A stretch of 64,000 nucleotides of DNA from Candidatus Oxydemutatoraceae bacterium. Its GTDB lineage: Bacteria > Pseudomonadota > Gammaproteobacteria > Poriferisulfidales > Oxydemutatoraceae. The translations under genes were made by a program, and so were the position numbers. Below the pieces are notes generated by a model that did not search any database, was not told where the DNA came from, and worked only from the letters and a program-made list of their open reading frames with translations. The stretch covers positions 160,001 through 224,000 of the forward strand of contig OZ244717.1 of assembly GCA_965218975.1 (NCBI GenBank). Direction: 5' to 3'. Shown one piece after another: positions 32,638-45,952 of this stretch (positions are counted from its first letter, which is position 1; every line of letters begins with the position of its first letter).

Positions 32638-34362
32638 ATGGCAGGCTATATCCCTCAGGAGTTTATTCAAACCCTGCTCGCTCGCACCGATATCGTCGAA
32701 ATAATTCAAGAGGTTGTGCCGCTGAAAAGAAAAGGCATGAATTTTAGCACCTGCTGTCCATTCCACGACGAAAAAACCCCTTCATTTATCGTTAAACAAG
32801 ATAAACAATTTTATCACTGCTTCGGCTGCGGAGCTAACGGCACCGCAATCAGCTTTCTAATGCAGTATTCACGGATGGATTTTATTGAGGCAGTAGAAAA
32901 ACTAGCACAACTAGCAGGGTTGCAAATTCCTTATGGAAGCAATGGGACGAAAGATAGCCCGGCGCTGCATAAAAAACTCATACAAGTAATGGAAACCGCC
33001 GCAAACTTTTTTCATGAAAATTTATATGAAACCTCAATTAGCATCGAATACCTAAAACGACGCGGGATTAAAAAGAAAATAGCTAAAAGATTTAAAATCG
33101 GCTATGCTCCGCCCGGCTACGACAATATCAAATCCTTGTTCAAAAAGGATTATGATGAAGAATTACTATCACGTGCCGGACTGCTTACAGCAAAAGACAA
33201 CCGGCATTACGCACGTTTCAGAAATCGGCTGATTTTTCCGATCCGTAACCCACGCGGACAAACGATCGCTTTCGGCGGACGAGTTTTAGCAGATAGTGAG
33301 CAACCGAAATATTTAAATTCACCGGAAACGCCTATCTTTCGAAAACGTCGCACCCTATATGGAGTACATGAGTTGCGCCATGTTAAAAAACTTGAACATA
33401 TTCTTGTTGTAGAAGGGTACATGGATACGGTTGCACTCGCTCAGCACGGAATTGAAAATGTTGCGGCGACACTTGGCACGGCAATTACTTCGGAACACGC
33501 TCGACAGTTACTGCGTACTTGCAACGTGTTGAAATTTTGTTTTGATGGTGACGCGGCAGGATACAAAGCAGCAATTGACGCAATGCAGCAAGTATTACCC
33601 GTTTTCAAGGACGGATATGATATTCGATTTACATTACTTCCCGAAGGGGAAGACCCTGATAGCCTGATTACAAAGCAGGGTCGTGAAGCATTCGAAGCTC
33701 TGACACAGAAAGCAATCCCTTTGTCTAATTTTTTGTTCCGGCATCTTACTAAAGACTCAGATTTAACCAGTCCCGAAGGACGCGCTTCTTTCGGCGCACA
33801 TGCTCGCCCAATGCTTGCAAAAGTGCCTAACGGAACTTTCCGGGATTTATTAATAGAAGATTTAGCAATGCGCTCAGGGCTTAGTACGGAACACTTAAAA
33901 TTCGCCCCCAATACAATACCGACTTTACATAAAGCCCTTTCGCACCGACTTAAACGCCGCTATTCAGCTACTCGAGTCAGTGCCGCATTACTTACCGGCA
34001 ACCCGGAATTAGTTCATAAAGCCCTACCAGGAGATAAAATCCGTCAGTTGAGTCAACCCGACAGTTTAATACTTGCCGATTTAATTGATGCTATCAGGAC
34101 ACATCAGGTAACTACTACCGCTGCATTACTTGAGCTATATCGGGACCACAAATATCAATCGATTATCAGCGAACTGGCAACTTGGCCTCCCCCTCCCAAA
34201 GACCATATTGAATTTGAACATTGTATGGAACATTTAGAAAAGTCGCTGGACAAACAACGTGAAGAACTGTTGATTGAAAAAGCAGGCAGGGGGGAACTAG
34301 CAGCAGATGAAAAAGCGGAGCTGCAAACTCTACAAAAGGCTAATAAAGCGATGCAGAAATAA
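32638..34362 (+). CDS. dnaG: DNA primase
   Basis: CPFHDEKTPSF zinc finger, KYLNSPET, VEGYMD, FDGD. Confidence 0.97.
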   Translation: MAGYIPQEFIQTLLARTDIVEIIQEVVPLKRKGMNFSTCCPFHDEKTPSFIVKQDKQFYHCFGCGANGTAISFLMQYSRMDFIEAVEKLAQLAGLQIPYGSNGTKDSPALHKKLIQVMETAANFFHENLYETSISIEYLKRRGIKKKIAKRFKIGYAPPGYDNIKSLFKKDYDEELLSRAGLLTAKDNRHYARFRNRLIFPIRNPRGQTIAFGGRVLADSEQPKYLNSPETPIFRKRRTLYGVHELRHVKKLEHILVVEGYMDTVALAQHGIENVAATLGTAITSEHARQLLRTCNVLKFCFDGDAAGYKAAIDAMQQVLPVFKDGYDIRFTLLPEGEDPDSLITKQGREAFEALTQKAIPLSNFLFRHLTKDSDLTSPEGRASFGAHARPMLAKVPNGTFRDLLIEDLAMRSGLSTEHLKFAPNTIPTLHKALSHRLKRRYSATRVSAALLTGNPELVHKALPGDKIRQLSQPDSLILADLIDAIRTHQVTTTAALLELYRDHKYQSIISELATWPPPPKDHIEFEHCMEHLEKSLDKQREELLIEKAGRGELAADEKAELQTLQKANKAMQK

Positions 34363-34456
34363 TTCTGCTTGGAACATGTATGTATGTATGTACAGTATTT
34401 AAGGATGGGAGATGTTATCATGTGCAGTTTTGAATACCTTGCCTAGGTGAACGTTC

Positions 34457-36250
34457 ATGGTAAATGCCGCACAACAATCTCAAATTAAAGAACTCATTAC
34501 CAAAGGTAAAGAAAAAGGTTTTCTGACACATGTTGAAATCAATGATCATCTACCCCACGAAATCGTCGATCAGGAACAAATAGAAAGTATCATCGGCATG
34601 TTCAATGATATGGGAATTGTTGTTTTTGAAAAAACACCAAGTGAAAGTGAACTACTGCTCGTTAAAAAAGAAGTCTCTACGGAAGACGCTGAAGAAGCTG
34701 CCACCGTGCTCGCAAATGCTGAAATCGGTCGCACTACCGACCCGGTCAGAATGTATATGCGTGAGATGGGATCCATCAGTCTACTTGATAGAAAAGGCGA
34801 AGTGCGTCTGGCAAAGTGTATTGAGATCGGCACAAAAGAAGTTTTACATGCCTTAGGACACTTTCCGCCCTGTATTGAAACACTGATAGATATTTATGAA
34901 AACGACCATCAAAAGAGCGGTAAGATAAAACTAACCGACATTTTTACCGGATTCCTTGACCCAAATGAAGAAGATGACGAAGATGACTTGCAACCGACCC
35001 AAGAAACGCAAGCAGAAAAAAATGAAAGACTGGAAATGCTCGGCCCTCATCAGGATGATGCTAAAAATTATTTCAAAGAACTGGCACAAAGCTATAAGAA
35101 AGTAAAACGCAAAGCGTCGCTTGCAAGCAGAAGAGGCTTCGATAAAGCGCTTGATGAGATGGCAACCCTTTTTATGGAATTGAAGTTAACGCTTCCAGTT
35201 GTCAATCTGCTCGGTCCAAAGCTTAGCGACACATTATTTGCGGTCCGCACTCACGAGCGAGTTCTAATTGATATTTGCGTCAACCGAGCACATATGCCGC
35301 GTAAATATTTCATTACTAATTTCAAAGGGGAAGAAACTAACCCTCAGTGGTGGAAAAAACACACAGCATCGCGCACAAGGTACGCTAGAGGGTTAAAACC
35401 TCACCGCGAAGAGTTTTTTAAAATGCAGACAAAACTTCGTTCAATCGAAAAAAAAACTTGCCTGCTAATTTCGCAAATCAAACAAATCGGCCGGCAAGTT
35501 TCCACCGGAAAAGCTAAAGCAAGACGTGCCAAAAAAGAGATGGTTGAGGCTAATCTCAGATTGGTTATTTCAATTGCGAAAAAATACACTAATCGCGGTT
35601 TGCAGTTTCTTGACTTGATTCAGGAAGGAAATATCGGTTTGATGAAAGCAGTCGACAAGTTTGAGTACCGCCGCGGATACAAATTCTCCACCTACGCAAC
35701 ATGGTGGATTAGGCAGGCTATCACCCGTTCTATTGCCGATCAAGCACGCACTATAAGAATTCCTGTCCATATGATTGAGACCATCAATAAGCTCAACCGA
35801 GTTTCAAGCCAGATTGTGCAAGAAAAAGGACGCGAACCAAAAATAGACGAACTAGCGGAAAGAATGGACGTGCCAAAAGATAAGATTTATAAAGTAATGA
35901 AAGTTGCGAAAGAACCCATTTCGATGGAAACGCCGGTAGGCGATGATGAAGATTCTAGTTTAAGCGATTTTATTGAAGATGAAACTATCAGCTCTCCGGA
36001 TGAAGAAGCGACTATGGAAAATCTGAAGCAAGCATCCGCCGAACTGCTTGCATCGTTGTCTCCACGCGAAGCAAAAGTTTTGAGGATGAGATTTGGCATT
36101 GATATGAATGCCGATCATACTTTAGAGGAAGTCGGCAAACAGTTTGATGTAACGCGCGAGCGTATTCGTCAAATTGAAGCAAAAGCGCTAAGAAAATTGC
36201 GTCTCCCTACCCGCACTGAGAAACTTAAAGGCTTTCTAACAGAAAATTAA
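34457..36250 (+). CDS. rpoD: RNA polymerase sigma-70
   Basis: [31 protein letters not shown]. Confidence 0.98.
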   Translation: MVNAAQQSQIKELITKGKEKGFLTHVEINDHLPHEIVDQEQIESIIGMFNDMGIVVFEKTPSESELLLVKKEVSTEDAEEAATVLANAEIGRTTDPVRMYMREMGSISLLDRKGEVRLAKCIEIGTKEVLHALGHFPPCIETLIDIYENDHQKSGKIKLTDIFTGFLDPNEEDDEDDLQPTQETQAEKNERLEMLGPHQDDAKNYFKELAQSYKKVKRKASLASRRGFDKALDEMATLFMELKLTLPVVNLLGPKLSDTLFAVRTHERVLIDICVNRAHMPRKYFITNFKGEETNPQWWKKHTASRTRYARGLKPHREEFFKMQTKLRSIEKKTCLLISQIKQIGRQVSTGKAKARRAKKEMVEANLRLVISIAKKYTNRGLQFLDLIQEGNIGLMKAVDKFEYRRGYKFSTYATWWIRQAITRSIADQARTIRIPVHMIETINKLNRVSSQIVQEKGREPKIDELAERMDVPKDKIYKVMKVAKEPISMETPVGDDEDSSLSDFIEDETISSPDEEATMENLKQASAELLASLSPREAKVLRMRFGIDMNADHTLEEVGKQFDVTRERIRQIEAKALRKLRLPTRTEKLKGFLTEN

Positions 36251-36281
36251 GATTTTCACACCATACAATCCGGACTTTTAT

Positions 36282-36358
36282 GGGCCTGTAGCTCAGTCGG
36301 TCAGAGCAGGGGACTCATAATCCTTTGGTCGCAGGTTCGAATCCTGCCGGGCCCACCA
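36282..36358 (+). tRNA. tRNA with CAT anticodon, probably tRNA-Ile2
   Basis: GGGCCTG/CGGGCCC acceptor stem plus ACCA, CTCATAA loop; position after rpoD is typical of Ile2. Confidence 0.9.
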
Positions 36359-36432
36359 TATTTATCAATAAGATACAAATTAACTGTTTTCAATCCTTGT
36401 GTCATTCGGTACACCTGCACTGGAATTGATGC

Positions 36433-37471
36433 ATGGCAACCATAACAAAAACCCCTTCGAACACTTGGAAAGCGATCATCCGCAAGCGTGGCTGGCCGAC
36501 CACGATAAAGACGTTCCGCACCAAGCGCGATGCCCGGACTGGGCGCGTCGCACCGAGGATGACATGGTGCGCTGCGTATACATCAACCGTGCCGGTTCGG
36601 ACCGTATTCTGCTGAAACATGCACTGGACCGTTACCTGAGCGAAGTCTCCTCCACCAAGTGCGAGAACACGGCGAATGTCGAGCGACACAAAGCCAAGGC
36701 GCTGAAAGCGAGCTTGGAGGTCTACAGCCTAGCGGCCATTACTCCGGACCTGATCGCCCGGTACCGGGATCAACGCCTGGAGGCCAGCAAGGCCGCCAAC
36801 ACAGTGCGCCTGGAACTGTCCTTGCCCTCGCATCTTTTCACCATCGCCATTAAGGAATGGCGGGTGGGGCTTTTCTATAATCCGGTAGCCAACGTCCGCA
36901 AGCTGGCACCGGCGAAGGGCCGGGATCAAAGGTTACGCACGGATGAGGAACAATCCCTGCTCAGGGCCCTGTGACCAGCACTCCAACCCCATGCTTGGCT
37001 GGCGGCCCGGATTGCCCTGTACACCGGTATGCGGGCCGGGGAGATCAAGTCCTTGACCCGACAGCAGGTGGATTTGCAAAAGCCACCGTGCACCTGACTG
37101 AGACCAAGAACGGCTCTGCGAGAACTGTCCCCCTCACCCGCAAGGCCACGGATGTTTTTCATACGGCACTCAGTCATCCCGTGCGCCATTTCGATACGGA
37201 CCTCATCTTCTTTGGCGAACCCGGACGAGACGGCACACGCCGTCCCTATGAATTTCGTCCCGCCTGGGCCCGCACCCTGAAAAGGGCCGGCATCAAAGGC
37301 CTGCGCTTTCATGATCTTCGCCACGAGGCGGTCTCGCGCCTGGTCGAGGCGGGCCTTGGTGATCAGGAGGTCTCTGCAATCTCCGGCCACAAATCCATGC
37401 AGATGCTCAAGCGCTATACGCATCTGCGTGCGGAGGACCTGGTGGGGCGCCTGGATCAATTAATGGGTTGA
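36433..37471 (+). pseudogene. Tyrosine integrase, frameshifted
   Basis: MATITK...RKRGWP start, TGMR, TKNG, HDLRH and GHKSMQMLKRYTH spread over several frames. Confidence 0.85.
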
Positions 37472-37635
37472 ACAAACACCCGCCACAGTCCGCCTCCCTA
37501 GTCAAGCGTAAACCCTGACACGAAGGGTTTTGGTTTTAAAAAAACCACGACACGGCTTGAATGGATTCACGCTGGTTCACCCATCAAACATTGTGCGACC
37601 TTGTGCCTTTAAACCCCGTACAAGGAGAGCACAGA

Positions 37636-37898
37636 TGATGCAAGTTAGCGAAAGTCCCGGCACCCTCGCGCTGGAAGGTCAACTGACCGAACGTTTTGGC
37701 CTGTTGATGTCACAAACGCAACTGTCCACCTTGCTGGGGCGCTCGACCGGGGGCCTGCGTTACAGCCTGAGCTATCCGAGTGACCGGCAGACAAGGGCAT
37801 TAAAGGCCTGCGGGCGCAACATCGGGCGACGGGTGTATTATCCCGGCTGCGGAGGTGGCAAGGATCATTCTCGATCGCAACCAGGACTGATCCGTTAA
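37636..37898 (+). CDS. Small DNA-binding / excisionase-like protein, C-terminus probably frameshifted
   Basis: AGGAG RBS; FGLLMSQTQLSTLLGRS...IGRRVYY. Confidence 0.55.
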
Positions 37899-37919
37899 CG
37901 CTCTTCGTAAACCAAAGCT

Positions 37920-38557
37920 GTGAGCGTTACCGCCAGGGACCGGGCCCTGCGCCAGGGCCTCAGGCCGATCCCCGGGTTTGTCCTGGCGGTACTGGCCGAT
38001 GCCGCCAATGAGAAGAATACCTGCTGGCCGCGTACATCCACCCTTGCAGACAGGGCTGTCACCCCCTCCCGACGCCTGTGTCAAGGGGGTGGTGACACAG
38101 GGGTCACCCCTTTAACCACCAGAAGAACACAAAGAGAACCACCACCACGTGAAACAAAAGCTGAACCTGAACTTGAACTGCCAGACCGTGGGGGTGGGAA
38201 TATTTGTGATTTGCATTACCCCAAAGACCTGTTGTCACCCGAAAGGACCCGGGCACAAGTCATGATGGGTGCACTCGATCCACCGCTCGATCAGCAGGTG
38301 CTCAATGAGTGGGCCGGGATCATCCATGCCGGTGGCATCCGTGCCTCACCGCTTTTGGGTGCCTGCGTGCATTGATCCGGCGGGCACAAGAGGGCACGTT
38401 CACACCGGAGCGTGGCTTGCGGGTGGGCGAGGCTCGCAAGGTACGACAGCAAATCACGGCACAAGTGGCGGCATTACCCAAACCGGGCCCTGCCGATGAA
38501 AACAACCCGCTTGTGCGCCGAGTGCTGGAGATCGCACAGCGCTCATGCAGGAAGTAG
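37920..38557 (+). pseudogene. HTH-type replication initiator remnant
   Basis: FVLAVLADAANEKNTCWP start; continues in another frame as CLRALIRRAQEGTFTPE. Confidence 0.5.
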
Positions 38558-38809
38558 CCCTGGTTCCATGCAAACACTACAACAGGCCTGTGCGACAGGC
38601 CCATGTCCGGTGAACGACCTGACGAGCGAACCTTGGGATCAAGGTGCACAACGAAAGGGCTGAGCAGGAAAAGCGTGCTCACCGCCCGGGTCATCTTGGT
38701 GCAGGAAAGCCGGTTGGGACCGATGAGCCGTAACAACACCGCAAAGCACTGGCCCGGGCGAAGATCCCGGCGGTGCGCGACGTATCGTTTCGCCTGGAAC
38801 CCGGCCAGA

Positions 38810-39000
38810 CACGCCTTGCAGACACGCCTTGCGGGCAGGCCAGAAGGCACAACTCACCGAACGCATCGGCCAGACGCGCAAGCAGATCGCGGGGCCTGGC
38901 GCACAGGCCGGGTCCGTGAAACGGCAAAACGGCTTCATTGCCCGCGAGCTTGCGGCCCATCGCGAACTGTTTGCAAGGGCTTGCCCGACTACTTCCCGCG
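38810..39000 (+). pseudogene. Fragment resembling a HlyD-family type I secretion adaptor coiled coil
   Basis: GQKAQLTERIGQTRKQIAG...IARELAAHRELF. Confidence 0.45.
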
Positions 39001-39349
39001 CTCCCTGCACGAGAAATGACGGAATAGGCAGGATGCCCCGTGCGATGCAGACAACAGGCTTTCGTATTGCAACCGCTTCCCGATGCCTTGCTTGAGCAGG
39101 CGGTTACAGTGTAACCACCCGCCCTATGTCCGGCGCAACCGGTTTCGCACTTGCCTCACCAACGCTCGGTCCATCAAGCTCACAGACCTTGCCCGCCACA
39201 CGGTGCAGCGGTGGGTCCCTGTAGTTGGGCAAGTGGCTCTGCAAGCTTCGGATGGACGGCAGGTCAATGCCCGGTGAACGTCAGGCGAACTAGCGACCCC
39301 GCGCTCATGGCCGTGTCACTACCAAGCAAAGCGCGGTAGTGACACGGCC

Positions 39350-39883
39350 TGTACAGTGCCAGATACATGTGGGAATCACCCGTGATTGAGCAGTGGCTGA
39401 CCTATCCCAAGTGTCCAAAAATGAACGCGCACATTGAGCGCTTCAACCGTACCGTCCAAGAAGATTGTATCGATCACGCGGAAGACCTGCTATTCACTGA
39501 TACGGAAGCATTTGATGACCAGCTATGAAACCGTTTTGTGTTTGTTGCCGGATTTTCGGCGGATTGTGCCGGATTGTCGGCAAAGTGCCTGTCATCCATG
39601 ACGCGACTGGGTTCTGTCAACAAGCTCCAGCCCCGACGTCCTTGTCGGGTCGTTCACCGCTGAAAACCAATTGGTTTTCCGGGCGCGTCTCACCCATGAC
39701 GAGACTTGGTTCTGTCAATGAGCACCAGCCCCGACATCCCTGTTGGGTCGTTCACCGCTGAAAACCGATCGGTTTTCCGGGCGCGTCTCACCCGGCAACG
39801 GACAGAAAGCACCGACCCGAATGTTACTGCCGAACGCTTCCCCAGAAGCTCTTCAAGAATCCCATTTAGGGTGGCATCGTACA
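39350..39883 (+). mobile_element. IS481-like relic B (opposite orientation) with two nested units
   Basis: TGTACAGTGCCAGATACAT ... GGGTGGCATCGTACA ends; NAHIERFNRT fragment. Confidence 0.8.
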
Positions 39884-39888
39884 GTAAG

Positions 39889-39917
39889 TTGTAGGTTTCA
39901 TTGTTTGCTCGTATAAT
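39889..39917 (+). promoter_or_regulatory. Putative sigma-70 promoter of rplU
   Basis: TTGTAG-N17-TATAAT. Confidence 0.5.
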
Positions 39918-39991
39918 CTAGCATCCTAGTGAAAACCAGCAATGCTAATCGGAGCTACTTTAAATAAAAGGCCTAAAACGAGAAGAAACTC

Positions 39992-40300
39992 ATGTATGCA
40001 GTGATCGTTACCGGCGGGAAACAATACCGGGTCTGTAAAGGTGATGTCATCCGCGTCGAAAAACTACCTGTTGAAAATGCCTCAACAGTGAATTTCGATA
40101 AAGTGCTGATGATCAAAAATGAAGATCAATGTGAGATTGGCGCCCCTTATTTGGAAAATAACCGTGTCACCGGCAGAGTGATTACCCAAATGCGCGGCAA
40201 AAAAATTGATGGAATTAAATTCAAACGGCGCAAAAATTACTTGCGCCGTTACGGACACCGTCAGCATTATACGAGTGTTGAAATTACTGAAATCTGTTAA
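39992..40300 (+). CDS. rplU: 50S ribosomal protein L21
   Basis: MYAVIVTGGKQYRV, GHRQ. Confidence 0.97.
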   Translation: MYAVIVTGGKQYRVCKGDVIRVEKLPVENASTVNFDKVLMIKNEDQCEIGAPYLENNRVTGRVITQMRGKKIDGIKFKRRKNYLRRYGHRQHYTSVEITEIC

Positions 40301-40315
40301 TTGAGATAAAGTCGG

Positions 40316-40573
40316 ATGGCACATAAAAAAGCAGGCGGCAGTACTCGGAACGGTCGTGACTCGCATTCTAAGCGGCTTGGGGTGAAAAAATACGGTAACG
40401 AACAGGTGCGTGCCGGTAATATCATTATTCGTCAACATGGTACCCGCTATCATCCCGGTGTAAATGTCGGTTGCGGTAGGGATTACACCTTATTTGCCAA
40501 AGTTGACGGATGCGTTCGATTTGAGCGCAAAGGCTCCCGTCAACGCTATTTTGTCAGCGTCCTCCCTAGATAA
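40316..40573 (+). CDS. rpmA: 50S ribosomal protein L27
   Basis: [16 protein letters not shown]. Confidence 0.98.
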   Translation: MAHKKAGGSTRNGRDSHSKRLGVKKYGNEQVRAGNIIIRQHGTRYHPGVNVGCGRDYTLFAKVDGCVRFERKGSRQRYFVSVLPR

Positions 40574-40587
40574 TATCTTCTATTTAA

Positions 40588-42796
<2,209 letters not shown>

Positions 42797-43000
42797 CTAA
42801 CAGCAATTGATAGATTACTTCCTAATCGTTTATAAAGTTGCCGGGAGCAATGCCTATACGATTGTTGAACTCTGTTGCCGAACAAGTCCCAAAAGAGTTA
42901 CTTGATCATTCTAAGAAAGAGCTGAAAAGCTTACACAAGCCGATGCTAAGCTTGCATTGACTTATTTTATGAAGATGTAATCGGCGCTCACCGACCAAAC

Positions 43001-43264
43001 TCAGGGCATATTCAGAATACGCCGATTTAAGTTGCGTTTATGTCGCGCCGCTTTGTTTTTATGTATGAGGCTTTTGCCGGCACCGCTATCAAGCAGGGAA
43101 CTTGCATTGCGGTATTTTTCACGGGCGCCTTCACGATCGCCGCTAGCAATGGCTTTTAGAACATTTTTCATTGCCGTGCGAATACGCGAGCGCAGACTAG
43201 CATTATGTAACCGCCGTTTCGCTTCTTGCCGGGCGCATTTGCGCGCCGAGGAAGTATTTGCCAT
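43001..43264 (-). CDS. rpsT: 30S ribosomal protein S20
   Basis: MANTSSARK...IHKNKAARHK. Confidence 0.96.
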   Translation of the reverse strand: MANTSSARKCARQEAKRRLHNASLRSRIRTAMKNVLKAIASGDREGAREKYRNASSLLDSGAGKSLIHKNKAARHKRNLNRRILNMP

Positions 43265-43340
43265 ATAAAGTTACCCGCTTACAAGTGGTGTGTAGATAAA
43301 GGACGTACTATGCAACCGTCTTGGATTAATGTCAAGTGAG

Positions 43341-44113
43341 TGTACGATGCCACCCTAAATGGGATTTTTGAAGGGCTTCGAGGGAAGCGTTCGGCAGTAA
43401 CATTCGGATCGGTGCTTTCTGTCCGTTACCGGCATGAGGACGGTGCAGGGTGAGACACGCCTGGAAAACCGACTGGTTTTCAGCGGCGAACGACCCGACA
43501 AGGACGTCGGGGCTGGGGCTCATTGACAGCACGAAGTTTCGTCATGAACGACATGCACTTTGCTAATAATCCAGCACAATCCGCCGACAACCCTGCACCA
43601 AACACAAAACGGGTGAGACGTGCCCGGAAAACCAATTGGTTTTCAGCGGCGAACGACCCAACAAGGACGTCGGGGCTGGGGTTCATTGACAGAACCAAGT
43701 CTCGTCATGGGTGAGACGCGCCCGGAAAACTACACAGTTTTCAGCGGGTTTTTCAGCGGCGAACGACCCGACAGGGACGTCGGGGCTGGGGCTTGTTGAC
43801 AGAACTAAGTCGCGTCATGGACGACAGGCACTTTGCCGACAACCCCGCACAATCCGCCGACAACCTCGCACAATCCGCCGACAACCCACCAACAAACACA
43901 GAACGGGGGAGACGCGCCCGGAAAACCAATTGGTTTTCAGCGGCGAACGACCCGACAAGGACGTCGGGGCTGGGGTTCATTGACAGAACCAAGTCTCGTC
44001 ATGGACGACAGGCACTTTGCCGACAACCCACCAACAAACACAGAACGCTTTCATCACCGGCCATTGAATGCTTCCATATCGGTGAATAGCAGGTTTTCTG
44101 CATAATCAATATA
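43341..44113 (-). mobile_element. IS481-like relic C, one end only, four nested units
   Basis: TGTACGATGCCACC end; units at 43450, 43613, 43711, 43907; right boundary approximate. Confidence 0.78.
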
Positions 44114-44116
44114 ACA

Positions 44117-44644
44117 TTGCACCTGTTGGCAGGGCTTGATTTGCCCGACGCCGGCACGATTATTGCCGATGGTGTCGTGATTGATGCTATGGACGAGAAT
44201 GCGCGTTGTTTATGGCGTCAGGAAAAACTCGGGTTTGTCTATCAGTTTTATCATCTGCCGGCAGAATTTTCTCTGCTCAAAAATGTAATGATGCCCGTTT
44301 GGATTGCCGGGACCCGGGACCCGGAAGTACGCAGCCGAGCGGTTGATTTATTACAGGCGGTAGACTTGGGCCGGCGGCTCAACCATAAGCCTGCCGAGTT
44401 ATCTGGCGGCGAACAACAACGTGTCGCAATCTGTCGCGCCTTAGTCACCAAACCCAAACTCGTACTCGCGGATGAACCGACAGGCAATCTTGACGTGCAC
44501 ACTGCCGCCTTTGTCGCAGATGTTCTGCTCAGGCTCAATCAACAGAAAGGGGCAACGCTTATTGTTGCGACTCACGATTTAGAGTTCGCGCAACGTTTTG
44601 ATGATGTCTATCGTTTGCGCGAAGGCGTGTTGAATCCGGTTTGA
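44117..44644 (+). pseudogene. 5'-truncated LolD-like ABC ATPase
   Basis: Begins LHLLAGLD just after the missing Walker A; GFVYQFYHL, LSGGEQQRVA, ADEPTGNLD. Confidence 0.8.
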
Positions 44645-44770
44645 CCTTGTGTTGCGTGGGGTTGGTCGTCGGTTGTCAGGCAGTGTTTTCTCCGGATAAT
44701 AATACTTCCCGTAGCCGCGAGACAAAGCTCAATTCCTGCAGGAGCTTCCAAAGCAACCGAGACAAACCGA

Positions 44771-45934
44771 TCAGCAATTCTTAAAGTTCTTTTTGACGCA
44801 TTCGCGGGCAAGCGCTTGCGCTTTAGAGATATCGGCAGGGGCCATTTGTTCTTCCAATTCATCTCTTAACTTTGCTCCTTCTTCACTCCCGTTTTCGGAA
44901 GCGATGCTTGCCCACATATAAGCATAGACATTATCCTTTGTTAATCCCTTGCCAAGAGCATACGCCACGCCCAGTTTATATTGCGTATCTGCATTTCCCT
45001 GTTCGGCAGCGCGTCTGAACCACTCCACTGCTTTTTGGTCATCCTGAGGAACGCCATGTCCCTCGGCATACGCCACGCCTAGATTGTATTGCGCATCTGC
45101 ATTTCCCTGTTCGGCAGCGCGTCTGAACCACTCCGTTGCTTTCTGATCATCCTGAGAAACACCGCGTCCCGCGGCATACGCCACGCCTAGGTAAAATTGC
45201 GCATCTGCATTTCCCTGTTCGGCAGCGCGTCTGAACCACTCCACTGCTTTTTGGTCATCCTGAGGAACGCCGCGTCCCGCGGCATACGCCACGCCTAGAT
45301 TATATTGCGTATCTGCATTTCCCTGTTCAGCAGCGCGTCTGAACCACTCCACTGCTTTTTGGTCATCCTGAGGAACGCCATGTCCCTCGGCATACGCTAC
45401 GCCTAGATTGTATTGCGCATCTGCATTTCCCTGTTCGGCAGCAAGTCTGAACCACTCCGTTGCCTTCTGATCATCCTGAGAAATACCGCGCCCCGCGGCA
45501 TACGCCACGCCCAGATTAGATTGTGCACTTGCATGCCCCTGTTCGGCAGCATGTCTGAACCACTCCACTGCTTTTTGGTCATCCTGAGGAACACCGCGTC
45601 CCGTGGCATACGCCACGCCTAGATTAGATTGCGCATTTGCATTTCCCTGCTCGGCAGCGCGTCTGTACCGTTTCACTGATTGCTGATCGTTCTGGGAAAT
45701 ATCGAGTCTACTCTCGTCCTTGGGTTTGTCCTTGGGTTTGTCCTCGGATTTTATTGAGAAGCTTTTTGTTGAGATGAAGGTTTCTATTTTTATGGACTTG
45801 GCCTTTATTGAGAGTGAGAAGGAGGACGGTCTTGCTTCTCCAGAATCAGTAGATCGGGATATCCATCGCTTCAATAATGTAGGCAATAAAACAGAAATGA
45901 AGGACAAAAAAGCTTTCTTTATTATATTGTACAT
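44771..45934 (-). CDS. Sel1-like repeat protein (7 repeats)
   Basis: 36-aa repeats AQxNLGVAYAxGxGVxQDDQKAxEWFRxAAEQG; native start probably ATG 45934, ORF stays open into IS relic D. Confidence 0.88.
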   Translation of the reverse strand: MYNIIKKAFLSFISVLLPTLLKRWISRSTDSGEARPSSFSLSIKAKSIKIETFISTKSFSIKSEDKPKDKPKDESRLDISQNDQQSVKRYRRAAEQGNANAQSNLGVAYATGRGVPQDDQKAVEWFRHAAEQGHASAQSNLGVAYAAGRGISQDDQKATEWFRLAAEQGNADAQYNLGVAYAEGHGVPQDDQKAVEWFRRAAEQGNADTQYNLGVAYAAGRGVPQDDQKAVEWFRRAAEQGNADAQFYLGVAYAAGRGVSQDDQKATEWFRRAAEQGNADAQYNLGVAYAEGHGVPQDDQKAVEWFRRAAEQGNADTQYKLGVAYALGKGLTKDNVYAYMWASIASENGSEEGAKLRDELEEQMAPADISKAQALARECVKKNFKNC

Positions 45935-45952
45935 GTTCAGATTCACACTGGA

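Larger units (their letters stand above)
36359..39349. mobile_element. Decayed integrative element at tRNA-Ile2
   Basis: Integrase next to tRNA 3' end, visibly GC-richer than flanks, cut off by IS relic B; no attR copy seen. Confidence 0.75.

Noticed and set aside
42850-42960. 36-aa ORF between proB and rpsT
   Set aside because: No recognisable motif or supporting evidence.
43332-44105. Many short ORFs such as MVLSMSASPDVLVGSFAAENRSVF and RRARKTDRFSAANDPTRT
   Set aside because: They are translations of the repeat in several frames, with indels between copies and no consistent RBS.
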